From: a virus
Taxonomy: Duplodnaviria; Caudoviricetes
Direction: 5' to 3' (one strand)
IMG/VR virus record: IMGVR_UViG_3300011339_000773
Location: 1-32,241 of that record
Length of the DNA: 32,241 bases
A model generated the notes under the pieces. It did not search any database, was not told the DNA's origin, and saw nothing but the letters and a program-made list of their open reading frames with translations. Positions 1 to 8,985 of the stretch are shown here, in pieces (positions within the stretch are counted from its first letter, which is position 1; each line of letters starts with the position of its first letter). The position numbers were made by a program, and so were the translations under genes.

Positions 1-11
1 TGGCTTGTCAC
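1..11. repeat. Terminal direct repeat TGGCTTGTCAC (left copy); probable cohesive end (cosN)
   Basis: Identical to 32231-32241; lies immediately upstream of the terminase small subunit gene, as in lambda-like cos phages. Confidence 0.75.
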
Positions 12-29
12 CCCGTCGTTTTTTTAAAC

Positions 30-536
30 ATGGATTTTGAAAACGAGCCAAAAACGCCAGAAACCGAACCAGCCGGTTCACGGCCAAAGCCGGGGCGACC
101 CAAAAAAGAGCGTCCACCTTTGGACGTTGAGGGAATCCCCGACGCGAACTTTGAGGAGACGATCGCCAAGCATGAAAGCCTGGTCGTGCTCGCTCGCGAG
201 AAGTACGAGCGGATGCTGCGCGAGGGAGACGCTGAGGCTGGACGCTATCAGGTCACATATAACCAGAGTCTGAAACAGGCTTGTGCGCTGCGTGAAGAAC
301 AAGAGCGCCGTGCAGAGGTTGCCCGCGAGACTATCCCGGCGATTGAGGCGCGAGAGGCGATGCTCCGTCTGGCTGGCCTGATCGTCGAGCGGCTTGACGC
401 GCTAGGTTCTGAGTGCGGGGAGAACTGCAATCCGAAGGACCCGATCAAGGCCATCGGCGTGCTGACCGATTGGGCGAGAGACGCGCGGGAGAAAGTCGCC
501 AGAGTGGCCGGAGTATTTGAGGAGCCGAAGGCATGA
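30..536 (+). CDS. Terminase small subunit (putative)
   Basis: 168 aa; N-terminal KPGRPKK basic motif and helical/coiled-coil body; ATGA overlap with the terminase large subunit. Confidence 0.75.
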   Translation: MDFENEPKTPETEPAGSRPKPGRPKKERPPLDVEGIPDANFEETIAKHESLVVLAREKYERMLREGDAEAGRYQVTYNQSLKQACALREEQERRAEVARETIPAIEAREAMLRLAGLIVERLDALGSECGENCNPKDPIKAIGVLTDWARDAREKVARVAGVFEEPKA

Positions 537-2362
537 ACGCCGAGGAGCTGTTCCAGGAGGGACTGACTGTCGTAAGGCCATCGGCCTTGAGCGACCCGGT
601 TGCGTACCTGAAGGAGAACGTTAAGAAGATTCCAGCTGGGGTCTTCGACGGTGGGTATAACCCTAAGCGCTGGCCGTGGATTGCCGAGGCGGTGCGGATA
701 TTCAACGCGCCGACGACTAGCCGTATGTTCATGCCCTGGGCAATCGGCTGCGGAAAGACGCTAACCTTAAAACTGATTGCGACTTACCTGATGGCTAACC
801 GCCGGGCCTCGATGGCTATCTACCTAGACTCGCAGGACAAAGCCAAGGGGTTCACGCTGAACGAGCTGCGGCCCCTGTTTGAGCAGGTCCCAGATATCCG
901 CTCGCAGATGAGCGCCGACGACAACGACAAGTCTGGCACGCTACGGTTTGCAGACGGCTGCTTGATTCACAACCGATCGGCCTCAACCGAGAAGCACCTG
1001 CAATCCCTGCACGTCCGGTACGTCCTCGGCTCGGAAATCTGGCAGTGGCCTAACGGTGCAATCGCCATGAGCATGAGCCGACTGAAGGCGGCGGCGTTCG
1101 CGTCGAAGGCTGTCTACGAAAGTCAGCCAGGGGATATCGAAGGACAAGGCGCTGAGTTCTGGAAGTTCTACCTGATGACCGACCAGAGGGAGTGGCACTT
1201 CGTTTGCCCGGTGGAGACGTGCCTACATCGGCAGCCGTTTCTCTGGGACTACATCAGATTTCCTGAAGGGGCTAAGGGTATTGATGGCTGGGACCTTGAA
1301 GTCGTGCAGAACGGCACGACCTACGAGTGCTCCAAGTGCAAGGTGCGGCTTGAGGATAACGACGAGGTGCGGACGACCTGCAACGAGGTCGAGCGCGGCG
1401 CTGGGTTCGTGGCTACAGGCAAGGCCGAGAAGGCCGGGTATGTTGGCCTGCACGTCAACGCTCTGGCTTCTACGAGCTGGGGGTCTTTGGCCGTGGACAT
1501 GATCAAGGCAAAAGAGGTCGCTGAGCTGGGCGACCTGACGCCGCGTAAACTCTTTAAGACTCAGTACCTCGCCCAGCCCTGGAGCGATGACACCGCCTCA
1601 ATGGTGGTAAGCACTGAGTCCTCTGACTACGCCATGGCAGACCCTTGGGAGGCGGTGGCCTACATCGGCCCACGCGGCCAGATCGTGGACAAAGCCGACG
1701 CCCCTGAAGGCTCGGTTAAGTTTTTGACGATGGCCGTGGACTGTCAGGGCGACCACCTGTGGGTTATCCTGCGCCAGTGGAGCCGGACCGGGCACAGCCG
1801 TCTGGTCTGGTTTGGAAAGGTTATGAGCACCGACGGCCTGACGGATTGGAGCGGATTAGACGCTCTCTCGGCCAAGCACGGCGTCCACCCGCAGCTCGTC
1901 ATGGTAGACTCTGGTGACGGTAACTCCACGCAGGAAGTCTACAAGCAGTGCGCCGCTCGCGGCTGGCAGTGTGCCAAGGGTTCAGGGCAGGAGTATTTCA
2001 ACGTCAAGACGAAGGCCGGTGACGCAGTGCGTCGGTTCTACAATACGCCGACTGCCATCCATGTGCCGGGCGTCCGCAACCCCACTTCGCTGGTCGTGTG
2101 GTCGAACTTGAGCGGTAAGGATTTATTCTGGGGTACGCGCGCGCGAAAGGTGTTCACGTTTGCACGTGATGCCCTGCCCGAATACATCGCCCAGCTCGAT
2201 TCCGAGGTCAGAGTCAAGGAAGCGGGTAAGCCTATCTGGCGACTACGCCAAGGGGTTAAGCATAACCACGCCCTAGACTGTGAACTTCTGGGGATGCTCA
2301 TCGCGGCGCGCTGGGGGCTGATCGGTAGGGACGAGCCTCAAACCTTACTTGCCCCCCAATAG
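533..2362 (+). CDS. Terminase large subunit, lambda GpA family
   Basis: 609 aa; Walker A AIGCGKT, Walker B-like YVLGSE, Cys pairs (CPVETC, CSKC), nuclease motifs AVDCQ, MVDSG and NHALDCE typical of GpA. Confidence 0.92.
   Translation: MNAEELFQEGLTVVRPSALSDPVAYLKENVKKIPAGVFDGGYNPKRWPWIAEAVRIFNAPTTSRMFMPWAIGCGKTLTLKLIATYLMANRRASMAIYLDSQDKAKGFTLNELRPLFEQVPDIRSQMSADDNDKSGTLRFADGCLIHNRSASTEKHLQSLHVRYVLGSEIWQWPNGAIAMSMSRLKAAAFASKAVYESQPGDIEGQGAEFWKFYLMTDQREWHFVCPVETCLHRQPFLWDYIRFPEGAKGIDGWDLEVVQNGTTYECSKCKVRLEDNDEVRTTCNEVERGAGFVATGKAEKAGYVGLHVNALASTSWGSLAVDMIKAKEVAELGDLTPRKLFKTQYLAQPWSDDTASMVVSTESSDYAMADPWEAVAYIGPRGQIVDKADAPEGSVKFLTMAVDCQGDHLWVILRQWSRTGHSRLVWFGKVMSTDGLTDWSGLDALSAKHGVHPQLVMVDSGDGNSTQEVYKQCAARGWQCAKGSGQEYFNVKTKAGDAVRRFYNTPTAIHVPGVRNPTSLVVWSNLSGKDLFWGTRARKVFTFARDALPEYIAQLDSEVRVKEAGKPIWRLRQGVKHNHALDCELLGMLIAARWGLIGRDEPQTLLAPQ
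2341..2362 (+). promoter_or_regulatory. Late-gene bipartite motif, copy 1 (AACCTTAC-N8-CAATAG)
   Basis: AACCTTAC ttgccccc CAATAG ttat ATG(2367); same spacing at four other gene starts. Confidence 0.7.
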
Positions 2363-2366
2363 TTAT

Positions 2367-2618
2367 ATGGCTCTAGGCATCTATGTCGGCGTTCCAGAGG
2401 AGACTTTGCTTGCCTACAAGGCACAGGCCCTAGCCGACCTTGGATTGGCTGTCACCTCATATTCTGACTCCGGCACGTCCGTTAATAAACAATTTGGGCT
2501 TCCTCCCGCCACGCGGATTCTGGAAATTAATTACGCGCTCAGTCGCATCTCGCCCACACTTTACGGCGGTGCACATACCTCTATCCAGGTTAACTGGGAC
2601 TCGCGCGTTGACCTCTAA
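2367..2618 (+). CDS. Head-tail joining protein, gpW-like
   Basis: 83 aa from ATG 2367 (the ORF track starts at TTG 2349); sits between terminase and portal like lambda W; helix-hairpin (VTSYSDSGTSV)-helix pattern. Confidence 0.65.
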   Translation: MALGIYVGVPEETLLAYKAQALADLGLAVTSYSDSGTSVNKQFGLPPATRILEINYALSRISPTLYGGAHTSIQVNWDSRVDL

Positions 2619-4087
2619 TGCCCCCCAAGAAATCAGCCAAGAAAACCAAGGCTCCTAAGAGTCAGCCTTCGGCATCTTACTCGCAGTTCGCGAGTACGAC
2701 GCAGTCCGGCGCTCGCCGTATGCTGTTCATCGGCGGGGTGGCTGACCAGCGCACTGAGGTAAACTCTGCGACCCGGACCGCCATGATGGCGAAGTCCCGC
2801 TGGGCTGTCCGTAATAGTCCCATCTACAAGCAGTGCGTGGACGAGGCTGTTTTAATCTCTGTCGGTGACGGCCTCATGGCTCAATCCCTGGCTAAGAACC
2901 CCAAGACCGCTGCGGCCTACGATAAGTATTTCCGCGACTGGTCTGTCCGTTGCGATCTGACCCGGCGCTACAACCTCGGCCAACTCCAAACGATGTGGAT
3001 GTCCGGTGCGATTATCGACGGTGACTCTTTCGGCATCTTGACCAACGACCCGCAGACCGGGGTTCCAGCCGTGCAGATTCTGGAAGCCCACCGCGTCGGA
3101 ACTCCGCGCGATGCGTTCAATAACGCTAACGTAGACGGAGCGTACCTAGGAACCTTCGGAGAAATCACTGGCTGGAATGTCTACGTTGGCGACGCCAGCA
3201 AAGACCGTTACGTGCCTGCCTCTGCCATGCTCCAGATTATGGAGTACGACCGCCCCTCAGCTGTGCGCGGTTATGCTGTGCTTCAGTCGAGCCTCAACAG
3301 TGTGCAGGATCACCTGGAGGTCTTCGGCCTAGAGGTCAGGGCCGCTCGCACTGGGGCCGACCACACGTTAATTCTCAAAAAGCAGGGTGGGGTTTTGCAA
3401 GACGATCCAGCCGCCAAGTTCTCCGGTGATGCTAATTCCTGCGAGAAGATTGCCAGCCAGATGGGTGGTAAGATGCTGGTGGTCGATACCAACGAGGACC
3501 TGACCCAGTTGGCTCAGACTCGCCCTTCGGCTGCTTGGATGGGCATGATGACCGCCATTGAGCGCGACATCGTCCGTCTGCTCCCTTACGAATATCAAGT
3601 TACCCCTGGCGTCCTCGGCGGTTCATCCGTCCGCTTGGTCGCTGGCCGTGTGTCACGATGGGCTGGCAAGTGGCAATCGATTCTCATCGATTCCCTAGAC
3701 CGCGTCTACGACTTCGTCATCGCTGACGGTATCGCCAAGGGCAAGATTCCCGATGACCCGGACTTTAACCGCAAGTCATGGATTACGCCCCGCGACATCA
3801 CGGTGGACGCTGGCCGCGAAGCCTCGCAAGACCGTGCTGACCTACAGATGGGTCTGACCACCGCCGCTGCCATCCTCGGCAAGAAGGGTGTCACCTTTGA
3901 CGATACGCTGGAAGCCCTAGCGGTCGAAGCTGAGAAGCGCGTCCAGAAAGCCAAGGACCGTGGCCTGCCGCTTTGGATGCTCTACCAGTCGCAGTTCAAC
4001 TGGCTCCAGCAGGGACAGGCGTCCAGCCAGACACCGACTGACGTCGCCGACAACCTTGACCTTCCTCCTCCCCCCTCTACCCCATGA
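2618..4087 (+). CDS. Portal protein, lambda family
   Basis: 489 aa; SRWAVRNSP, VGDG, IIDGDSF, QILEAHRV, RPSAVRG, WITPRDITVD motifs; synteny. Confidence 0.9.
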   Translation: MPPKKSAKKTKAPKSQPSASYSQFASTTQSGARRMLFIGGVADQRTEVNSATRTAMMAKSRWAVRNSPIYKQCVDEAVLISVGDGLMAQSLAKNPKTAAAYDKYFRDWSVRCDLTRRYNLGQLQTMWMSGAIIDGDSFGILTNDPQTGVPAVQILEAHRVGTPRDAFNNANVDGAYLGTFGEITGWNVYVGDASKDRYVPASAMLQIMEYDRPSAVRGYAVLQSSLNSVQDHLEVFGLEVRAARTGADHTLILKKQGGVLQDDPAAKFSGDANSCEKIASQMGGKMLVVDTNEDLTQLAQTRPSAAWMGMMTAIERDIVRLLPYEYQVTPGVLGGSSVRLVAGRVSRWAGKWQSILIDSLDRVYDFVIADGIAKGKIPDDPDFNRKSWITPRDITVDAGREASQDRADLQMGLTTAAAILGKKGVTFDDTLEALAVEAEKRVQKAKDRGLPLWMLYQSQFNWLQQGQASSQTPTDVADNLDLPPPPSTP

Positions 4088-4884
4088 AGTGTATCATTGA
4101 TGGCCTGTCCGGTGAACCGATGCTCTGCGACCCGATCAAGGCCGCGAACCATCTGAAGTATGCCGAGAAGTACGGCGTTATCGACGGCGTGCTGGATATG
4201 TTCTTCAACCCTGTCGTTAAGCCTTACGTTACCCAGGGCGGGACTGGAGTCGTGCAGGTGCAGGGCTTCCTTGCCATGGGCCTGACCAAGTTTGACAAGA
4301 TGACCGGAGCCTCGGACATGGGCGACATCAGCGACGCCATCGACGAGATGCTCGCTAACCCTGCAGTTAAGCGCATCGCCTTTGAGATTGATTCGCCCGG
4401 TGGCACGGTGGTCGGTACTCCCGAACTCGCCGACAAGATTGCCAGCATCCCTCTGCCGACGATGTCCTATGCCCGCAAGCTCATGGCCTCCGGCGCTTAC
4501 TACACCGGGTCCCAGGCTGACTACGTTTACGCCAGCCCCTCGGCTGTCGTGGGTTCCATCGGCGTGATCGCCGTGGACGAGTCCTACGAAGAAGCCTTTA
4601 AGAACATGGGCATTAAGGTCGAGGTCTTCCGTGCTGGTAAATACAAGGCCCCCAACATCGCAGGCGAAGGCTACACTGACGAGATGCGCGAGATGGAAAA
4701 CGAAACCATCGCCGCCATGCACGAAGAGTTCAAGCAGACCGTCCTCCGCAAGCGATCGATGGCGAGCCGCGACGACATGGAAGGCCAAGTGTTCACTGGC
4801 CGCGAAGCCGCCAACAAGAACCTAATCACCGGCCTTGCCTCATCCTTTGCCGAAGCCCTCGTGGCTTTCGAGCAAGACGCATAA
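4084..4884 (+). CDS. Capsid maturation protease, S49 (SppA/lambda C-like)
   Basis: IDSPGG, MASGAY (catalytic Ser), GSIGV and AGKYK motifs. Confidence 0.92.
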   Translation: MKCIIDGLSGEPMLCDPIKAANHLKYAEKYGVIDGVLDMFFNPVVKPYVTQGGTGVVQVQGFLAMGLTKFDKMTGASDMGDISDAIDEMLANPAVKRIAFEIDSPGGTVVGTPELADKIASIPLPTMSYARKLMASGAYYTGSQADYVYASPSAVVGSIGVIAVDESYEEAFKNMGIKVEVFRAGKYKAPNIAGEGYTDEMREMENETIAAMHEEFKQTVLRKRSMASRDDMEGQVFTGREAANKNLITGLASSFAEALVAFEQDA

Positions 4885-4904
4885 CCTTACCCAATCCGCA
4901 ATAG
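4883..4904 (+). promoter_or_regulatory. Late-gene bipartite motif, copy 2
   Basis: AACCTTAC ccaatccg CAATAG tat ATG(4908). Confidence 0.7.
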
Positions 4905-4907
4905 TAT

Positions 4908-5309
4908 ATGACCATCGAAGAACGCTTCAAGGCCGCCGAGGCCGCTGTCGTCTCCCTTACCGCCGAACGCGACGACCTCCGCAAGACGGTCGAAGCCTCT
5001 GTCGTTGACGTGTCCGCTGAACTCGACGCCGCTAAGGTGTCCGCTGCTTCTCAGGACCAAAAGGTTCAGGAGCTGGAAATCGCCCTGGCTGAAGCCAACG
5101 CCAAGATCATGGAACTGGAAGCCTCCAAGTCCACCGCCAGTGCCGAAGCGGCTGTCATCCTTGCCGCCTCCGGTGTTGACCCGGTTGCCGCCCCTGTCGC
5201 CCAGGCTGTCGTCGGCTCCATCTGCGAGCAGTATGCCGCGATGCCTGTCGGTGCTGAACGCCGCGCCTTCTTCAAGAAGCACAAGGCTGTCCTCTTTTCC
5301 GCTAAATAA
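4908..5309 (+). CDS. Capsid scaffolding protein (putative)
   Basis: 133 aa Ala/Glu-rich coiled coil with basic C-terminus, between protease and capsid genes. Confidence 0.65.
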   Translation: MTIEERFKAAEAAVVSLTAERDDLRKTVEASVVDVSAELDAAKVSAASQDQKVQELEIALAEANAKIMELEASKSTASAEAAVILAASGVDPVAAPVAQAVVGSICEQYAAMPVGAERRAFFKKHKAVLFSAK

Positions 5310-5335
5310 TCTCTACCCCCCAAATATAACACACC

Positions 5336-6190
5336 ATGGCTAACACCATCAACAGCGCTCTGATCGTCGACACCGTCGCCGAACTCAGCCTTACCGCCCT
5401 CTCGAACCGCCTCGCTGGCCTCGCCAACTTCTCCTCCGACTTCTCGTCTGATGTGAAGCGCCCCATGGACGTCGTTCAGGTGGCTCTCTCCACCGCTGGC
5501 AGCACCACGCTGACCAACCCGACCTCGTTCACCTCCATCGGTGCTAGCACCCTTGGTGCGACCGCCGTCACGATGGCCCACCTATACCAGCCGTTCGGTC
5601 TTTCGTACGCTGATATCCAGAATGGCATCCGTCTCGAAAAGATTCTGAAGATCAACATGGACAAGCTCGCCGACTCCATTTGGGCCGCCGCTACTGCTCC
5701 TATCACGGTTGCTAACTTCGGCGCTGCCACCTACACTGGTGCTGACTCGACTGTTACCCCTGGCTCGGCTCCTCTCCGCGCTCTCTGGGCCGGTGTCTCC
5801 AAGTCTGGTCGCAAGACCCTGATCGTTAACCCTGGTATCTACAGCCAGCTTATCCCGACCTCCACGACTGGCTTGCCTCTCTCGGCTGGTGCTTACGGTT
5901 TCGACGGTGGCGTGTTCTACGCTAACCTCTTCCCGTCTGAAGCGAACCTCTCTGGTTTCGCCTGCAGCCCGGAAGCCATCGCCCTTGCGGCCGCTGCCCC
6001 TTCTTTCGAGAACGTCAGCGCCGACTTCCTCGTGAGCGAAGTCGTCCCGATTGAAGGTCTTGGTATCTCGGTTTACTACAACGTCTGGTCTGACCCCTCC
6101 ACTCGTAACCTCATCGGCTCTATGGAACTGATGTTCGGTGCGAACAAGGGCATCACGACTGGTACGATCGCCTCCGTCTACAGCGCCTAA
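5336..6190 (+). CDS. Major capsid protein (putative HK97 fold)
   Basis: 284 aa; strong codon bias, position after protease and scaffold, followed by a strong terminator. Confidence 0.8.
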   Translation: MANTINSALIVDTVAELSLTALSNRLAGLANFSSDFSSDVKRPMDVVQVALSTAGSTTLTNPTSFTSIGASTLGATAVTMAHLYQPFGLSYADIQNGIRLEKILKINMDKLADSIWAAATAPITVANFGAATYTGADSTVTPGSAPLRALWAGVSKSGRKTLIVNPGIYSQLIPTSTTGLPLSAGAYGFDGGVFYANLFPSEANLSGFACSPEAIALAAAAPSFENVSADFLVSEVVPIEGLGISVYYNVWSDPSTRNLIGSMELMFGANKGITTGTIASVYSA

Positions 6191-6211
6191 TCGGGGCTGA
6201 CGGCCTAAGAC

Positions 6212-6236
6212 AGCCCCCAGCAATGGGGGCTTTTTT
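6212..6236 (+). terminator. Rho-independent terminator with GCAA tetraloop
   Basis: AGCCCCCA-GCAA-TGGGGGCT followed by a T tract. Confidence 0.9.
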
Positions 6237-6265
6237 GTATCTCCAATTCCCCACCCTCCCAACAC

Positions 6266-6637
6266 ATGAGCATTTACGATACATTCTTACCCGATTTCCA
6301 AGGGCTGCTGGCTGATATCGGCGTCCCGGCTACGGTCGGGGCTAACCTATTCCTTGTCGGTCTGTCCCGCCCGATGAATACCCCTAAGTTCGACTCTGGG
6401 GGCTTCGTTGACCAGAAGATGTGGACGGTGCGTTTCGCCGCCGCTACGGCCCCTTGGACGGCTTCTGATGGCCGGGTAGGGGGTCAGGTCGCTACCTTGG
6501 CTGCAGGGGTTCCTATCGCCGCCCTGGGCGAAGGTAAGAAGTTCACCGTTAACGGCCAGGTGCTACGCATCAAGGGCCAGTCCTACAAACAGACTTCAGC
6601 CGTCATCGAGCTAGAGTGCGTTGACGATAACCAGTAA
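6266..6637 (+). CDS. Head-tail adaptor/head closure protein (putative)
   Basis: 123 aa beta-rich protein after the capsid gene; FTVNGQVLRI-type C-terminal strands. Confidence 0.55.
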   Translation: MSIYDTFLPDFQGLLADIGVPATVGANLFLVGLSRPMNTPKFDSGGFVDQKMWTVRFAAATAPWTASDGRVGGQVATLAAGVPIAALGEGKKFTVNGQVLRIKGQSYKQTSAVIELECVDDNQ

Positions 6638-7590
6638 TGGCTAAGAAGCCCGGCATTGTACCTAAGACCAGGGCTGACTTTGACGCGGCTATTGCCCAGT
6701 TTGCCAAGGACGTGGGGGTTGAGCGTGACGTTATCACCAACGAACAGATGCGCCTCCTGCTCCGGGATGCCATGACGTTCACCCCACCTATGCCAAAGGG
6801 CGGGGGCCGTGGCCTGACCGCCGCCGCCCACAAGGCAGGCATGGGCAAACTGGCAAAGGACGTGCGACGCATCTTCATTCCCATGGATCAGCCCCGCCGA
6901 GCCATGCCAGTAATCATGCGTAAGGTAATCAATTCGGTAAGGGGTAATGACCAGGAGGGATTCCGTAAAATCTATGACAGCATAGACACGGCCAAAATCC
7001 CCGGCGTGTCTCCTGTCATGCGTAAGATTCTGCAGGATACGAGCTACACGCGAGCGTTTGCCAAGGCTAAGAACTACCTAGCCCAAGCCAACATCTTTGG
7101 AAACATCGGAGCAATCGAAGGCCCGACTAACGACTTACGCGGCATCCACGACAAGTATAAAGCCAAGGTCGGTGGCCGCTGGCCTAAGAACGCCCCCTCC
7201 CCCCGCCCTCAATACATGGTAGGAACCGCCCTGTATCTCGAAGCATACATCGCAGAGCGCCAACTAAAGGTCGGCTACACTAAGGCCGCTTGGGCAACAG
7301 CCCTCCGGATGATTCCCCCTCTTATCAGCTCTAAGGGCAACGCCCGCAACTATGGCGTTTATGACGCACCTTGGGTAGACGTTAACCGCTCGGCCATGGG
7401 TCAGTTCTCCATGAGCAAGACCCCTACAACCATTTCCATGACAGCCACTAATCTTATTGGGAACATCAACAACGTTGCAACCGATGCGGGAATGGTAAAC
7501 CTTGTCTACGGCAACCGCGTTAAACAGATTCAGGCCACCCTACCGGGAAGACTCCGCGACGCTACCGACCGAGCCAACCGCAAGAAATAA
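6637..7590 (+). CDS. Basic neck/tail completion protein (putative)
   Basis: 317 aa Lys/Arg-rich; synteny between adaptor and tail terminator. Confidence 0.45.
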   Translation: MAKKPGIVPKTRADFDAAIAQFAKDVGVERDVITNEQMRLLLRDAMTFTPPMPKGGGRGLTAAAHKAGMGKLAKDVRRIFIPMDQPRRAMPVIMRKVINSVRGNDQEGFRKIYDSIDTAKIPGVSPVMRKILQDTSYTRAFAKAKNYLAQANIFGNIGAIEGPTNDLRGIHDKYKAKVGGRWPKNAPSPRPQYMVGTALYLEAYIAERQLKVGYTKAAWATALRMIPPLISSKGNARNYGVYDAPWVDVNRSAMGQFSMSKTPTTISMTATNLIGNINNVATDAGMVNLVYGNRVKQIQATLPGRLRDATDRANRKK

Positions 7591-7596
7591 CACTTT

Positions 7597-8034
7597 ATGG
7601 GCACGAAATCCTCACGTCAAATCCTCGAAGCGGCTATCGCTTCCCACCTCTCAGCTCAGACCGAACTGGCCGGAGTGTCTATCTACACCGGCGACGGTGC
7701 AGATATCAACGTACTGCCCAAGGCCATCGTCCTCTGCGACTCTGCCCGCGCTCCTAACGATATGCCCCAGGGGCTGGGTAACTACTCCTGCGGAACCCGC
7801 GTTACGGTCTTCTCCTCTGCCGACGATAACACCTTGGCCGAACACCGGGCACGTTGCGCTGCCGTGGCTGGGGCCATGCAGGACCTGACGGCCATTCAGG
7901 CGGTCTTCGTCGCTGGGGGCGATGCCCTCTGCTACGACGTCACCCCCCAGTCCGAAGACGAAGGGGTTAACGAACGCTCCTGGGCGTCTGTCTTCAGCTA
8001 CGACATCCTGATCGTGGTGAACCCCCAGCCGTAA
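7597..8034 (+). CDS. Tail terminator-like protein (putative)
   Basis: 145 aa; IYTG...LPKAIV pattern and position just before the tail tube gene. Confidence 0.55.
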   Translation: MGTKSSRQILEAAIASHLSAQTELAGVSIYTGDGADINVLPKAIVLCDSARAPNDMPQGLGNYSCGTRVTVFSSADDNTLAEHRARCAAVAGAMQDLTAIQAVFVAGGDALCYDVTPQSEDEGVNERSWASVFSYDILIVVNPQP

Positions 8035-8054
8035 CCTTACCCCTAAAACAATAG
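8033..8054 (+). promoter_or_regulatory. Late-gene bipartite motif, copy 3
   Basis: AACCTTAC ccctaaaa CAATAG gtatact ATG(8062). Confidence 0.7.
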
Positions 8055-8061
8055 GTATACT

Positions 8062-8442
8062 ATGTGCGCCGCAATTGTCGAGGGCATCAGTGCGATCTAT
8101 GCATTGCCTAATACCACCGTTTCCAACGCCGTGGTGCAAAGTTATACCAACGATGGTGAGTTCAACGCTGAGGCCACTATCGTTGACGAAAACGGCCTGA
8201 CCGTTGCTTGGCGCGGTGACGATCGCAAGACCCAGATTACTTGTGAGTTAATTGCCAAAACGTCAGTAATGCCGATTCTCGGTGCTGCCTTCTCGGTGAC
8301 GGTTAACACCGCCGCCTCTTACACGAGCGGTTCTGCTTCGACCACGTTCACCGGATGGGTGACGAAGATTTCGGATAAGGGCAGCGTAAAATCGTACTCT
8401 TCCATCACGGTCACTGCCGTCGGCTACGAGGCCGTCGTCTAA
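8062..8442 (+). CDS. Major tail (tube) protein (putative, minimal)
   Basis: 126 aa Thr/Ser-rich beta protein with its own upstream late motif; synteny. Confidence 0.55.
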   Translation: MCAAIVEGISAIYALPNTTVSNAVVQSYTNDGEFNAEATIVDENGLTVAWRGDDRKTQITCELIAKTSVMPILGAAFSVTVNTAASYTSGSASTTFTGWVTKISDKGSVKSYSSITVTAVGYEAVV

Positions 8443-8445
8443 CCG

Positions 8446-8985
8446 ATGGAGCCGCGCTGTCTTAGCGCGTTCACTGACCCCCGGCGCTTAAAAGTGCTAG
8501 GTCGGTTAGTTGACCCATTCTCCCTGCTTCGTCGCTTACAACTGGAAGCGGTAGAGTCTCCGTTCGTTTCGCCCGGTAAGGATGTCCGTCCGCTCGACCT
8601 TCTGATCGCGGTTAAAATCTGCGCTGGTGAGCCTATCGGCAAACTCAGCCTAATGGACTACTTCTACCTCGGACGCATGAAGTCCAGCGAAGTCTACTTC
8701 GTTAAGCAGATGTGCCGTTTCACCGAGTTCGTCCTGATTGAGTCCTGGCCTAAGTTCTGGGAGAAGAAGGCCAAGCACACTAACACGACCGGGATGCCAT
8801 GGGTATTAACCGTGGTCTGTAATTTAATGAACCATGGGGTGTCCGAAGAGCGCGCGTGGACCATGCCGGAGTCACAGGCCATCTGGCTGCACTCATGCTT
8901 TGCAATCAGCGAAGGCGCTGACATGAAGGTATTGACCAAGGAAGACGAAGACCTGATCGCCAAACTCGAAACCGAACCCGCATGA
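8446..8985 (+). CDS. Tail assembly chaperone (putative)
   Basis: 179 aa between tube and tape measure genes; C-terminal AWTMPESQAIWL segment reminiscent of gpT-like domains. Confidence 0.5.
   Translation: MEPRCLSAFTDPRRLKVLGRLVDPFSLLRRLQLEAVESPFVSPGKDVRPLDLLIAVKICAGEPIGKLSLMDYFYLGRMKSSEVYFVKQMCRFTEFVLIESWPKFWEKKAKHTNTTGMPWVLTVVCNLMNHGVSEERAWTMPESQAIWLHSCFAISEGADMKVLTKEDEDLIAKLETEPA

Noticed and set aside
8446-8985. Programmed -1 frameshift in the tail chaperone gene
   Set aside because: A single ORF runs directly into the tape measure start; I identified no second-frame ORF or convincing slippery heptamer.
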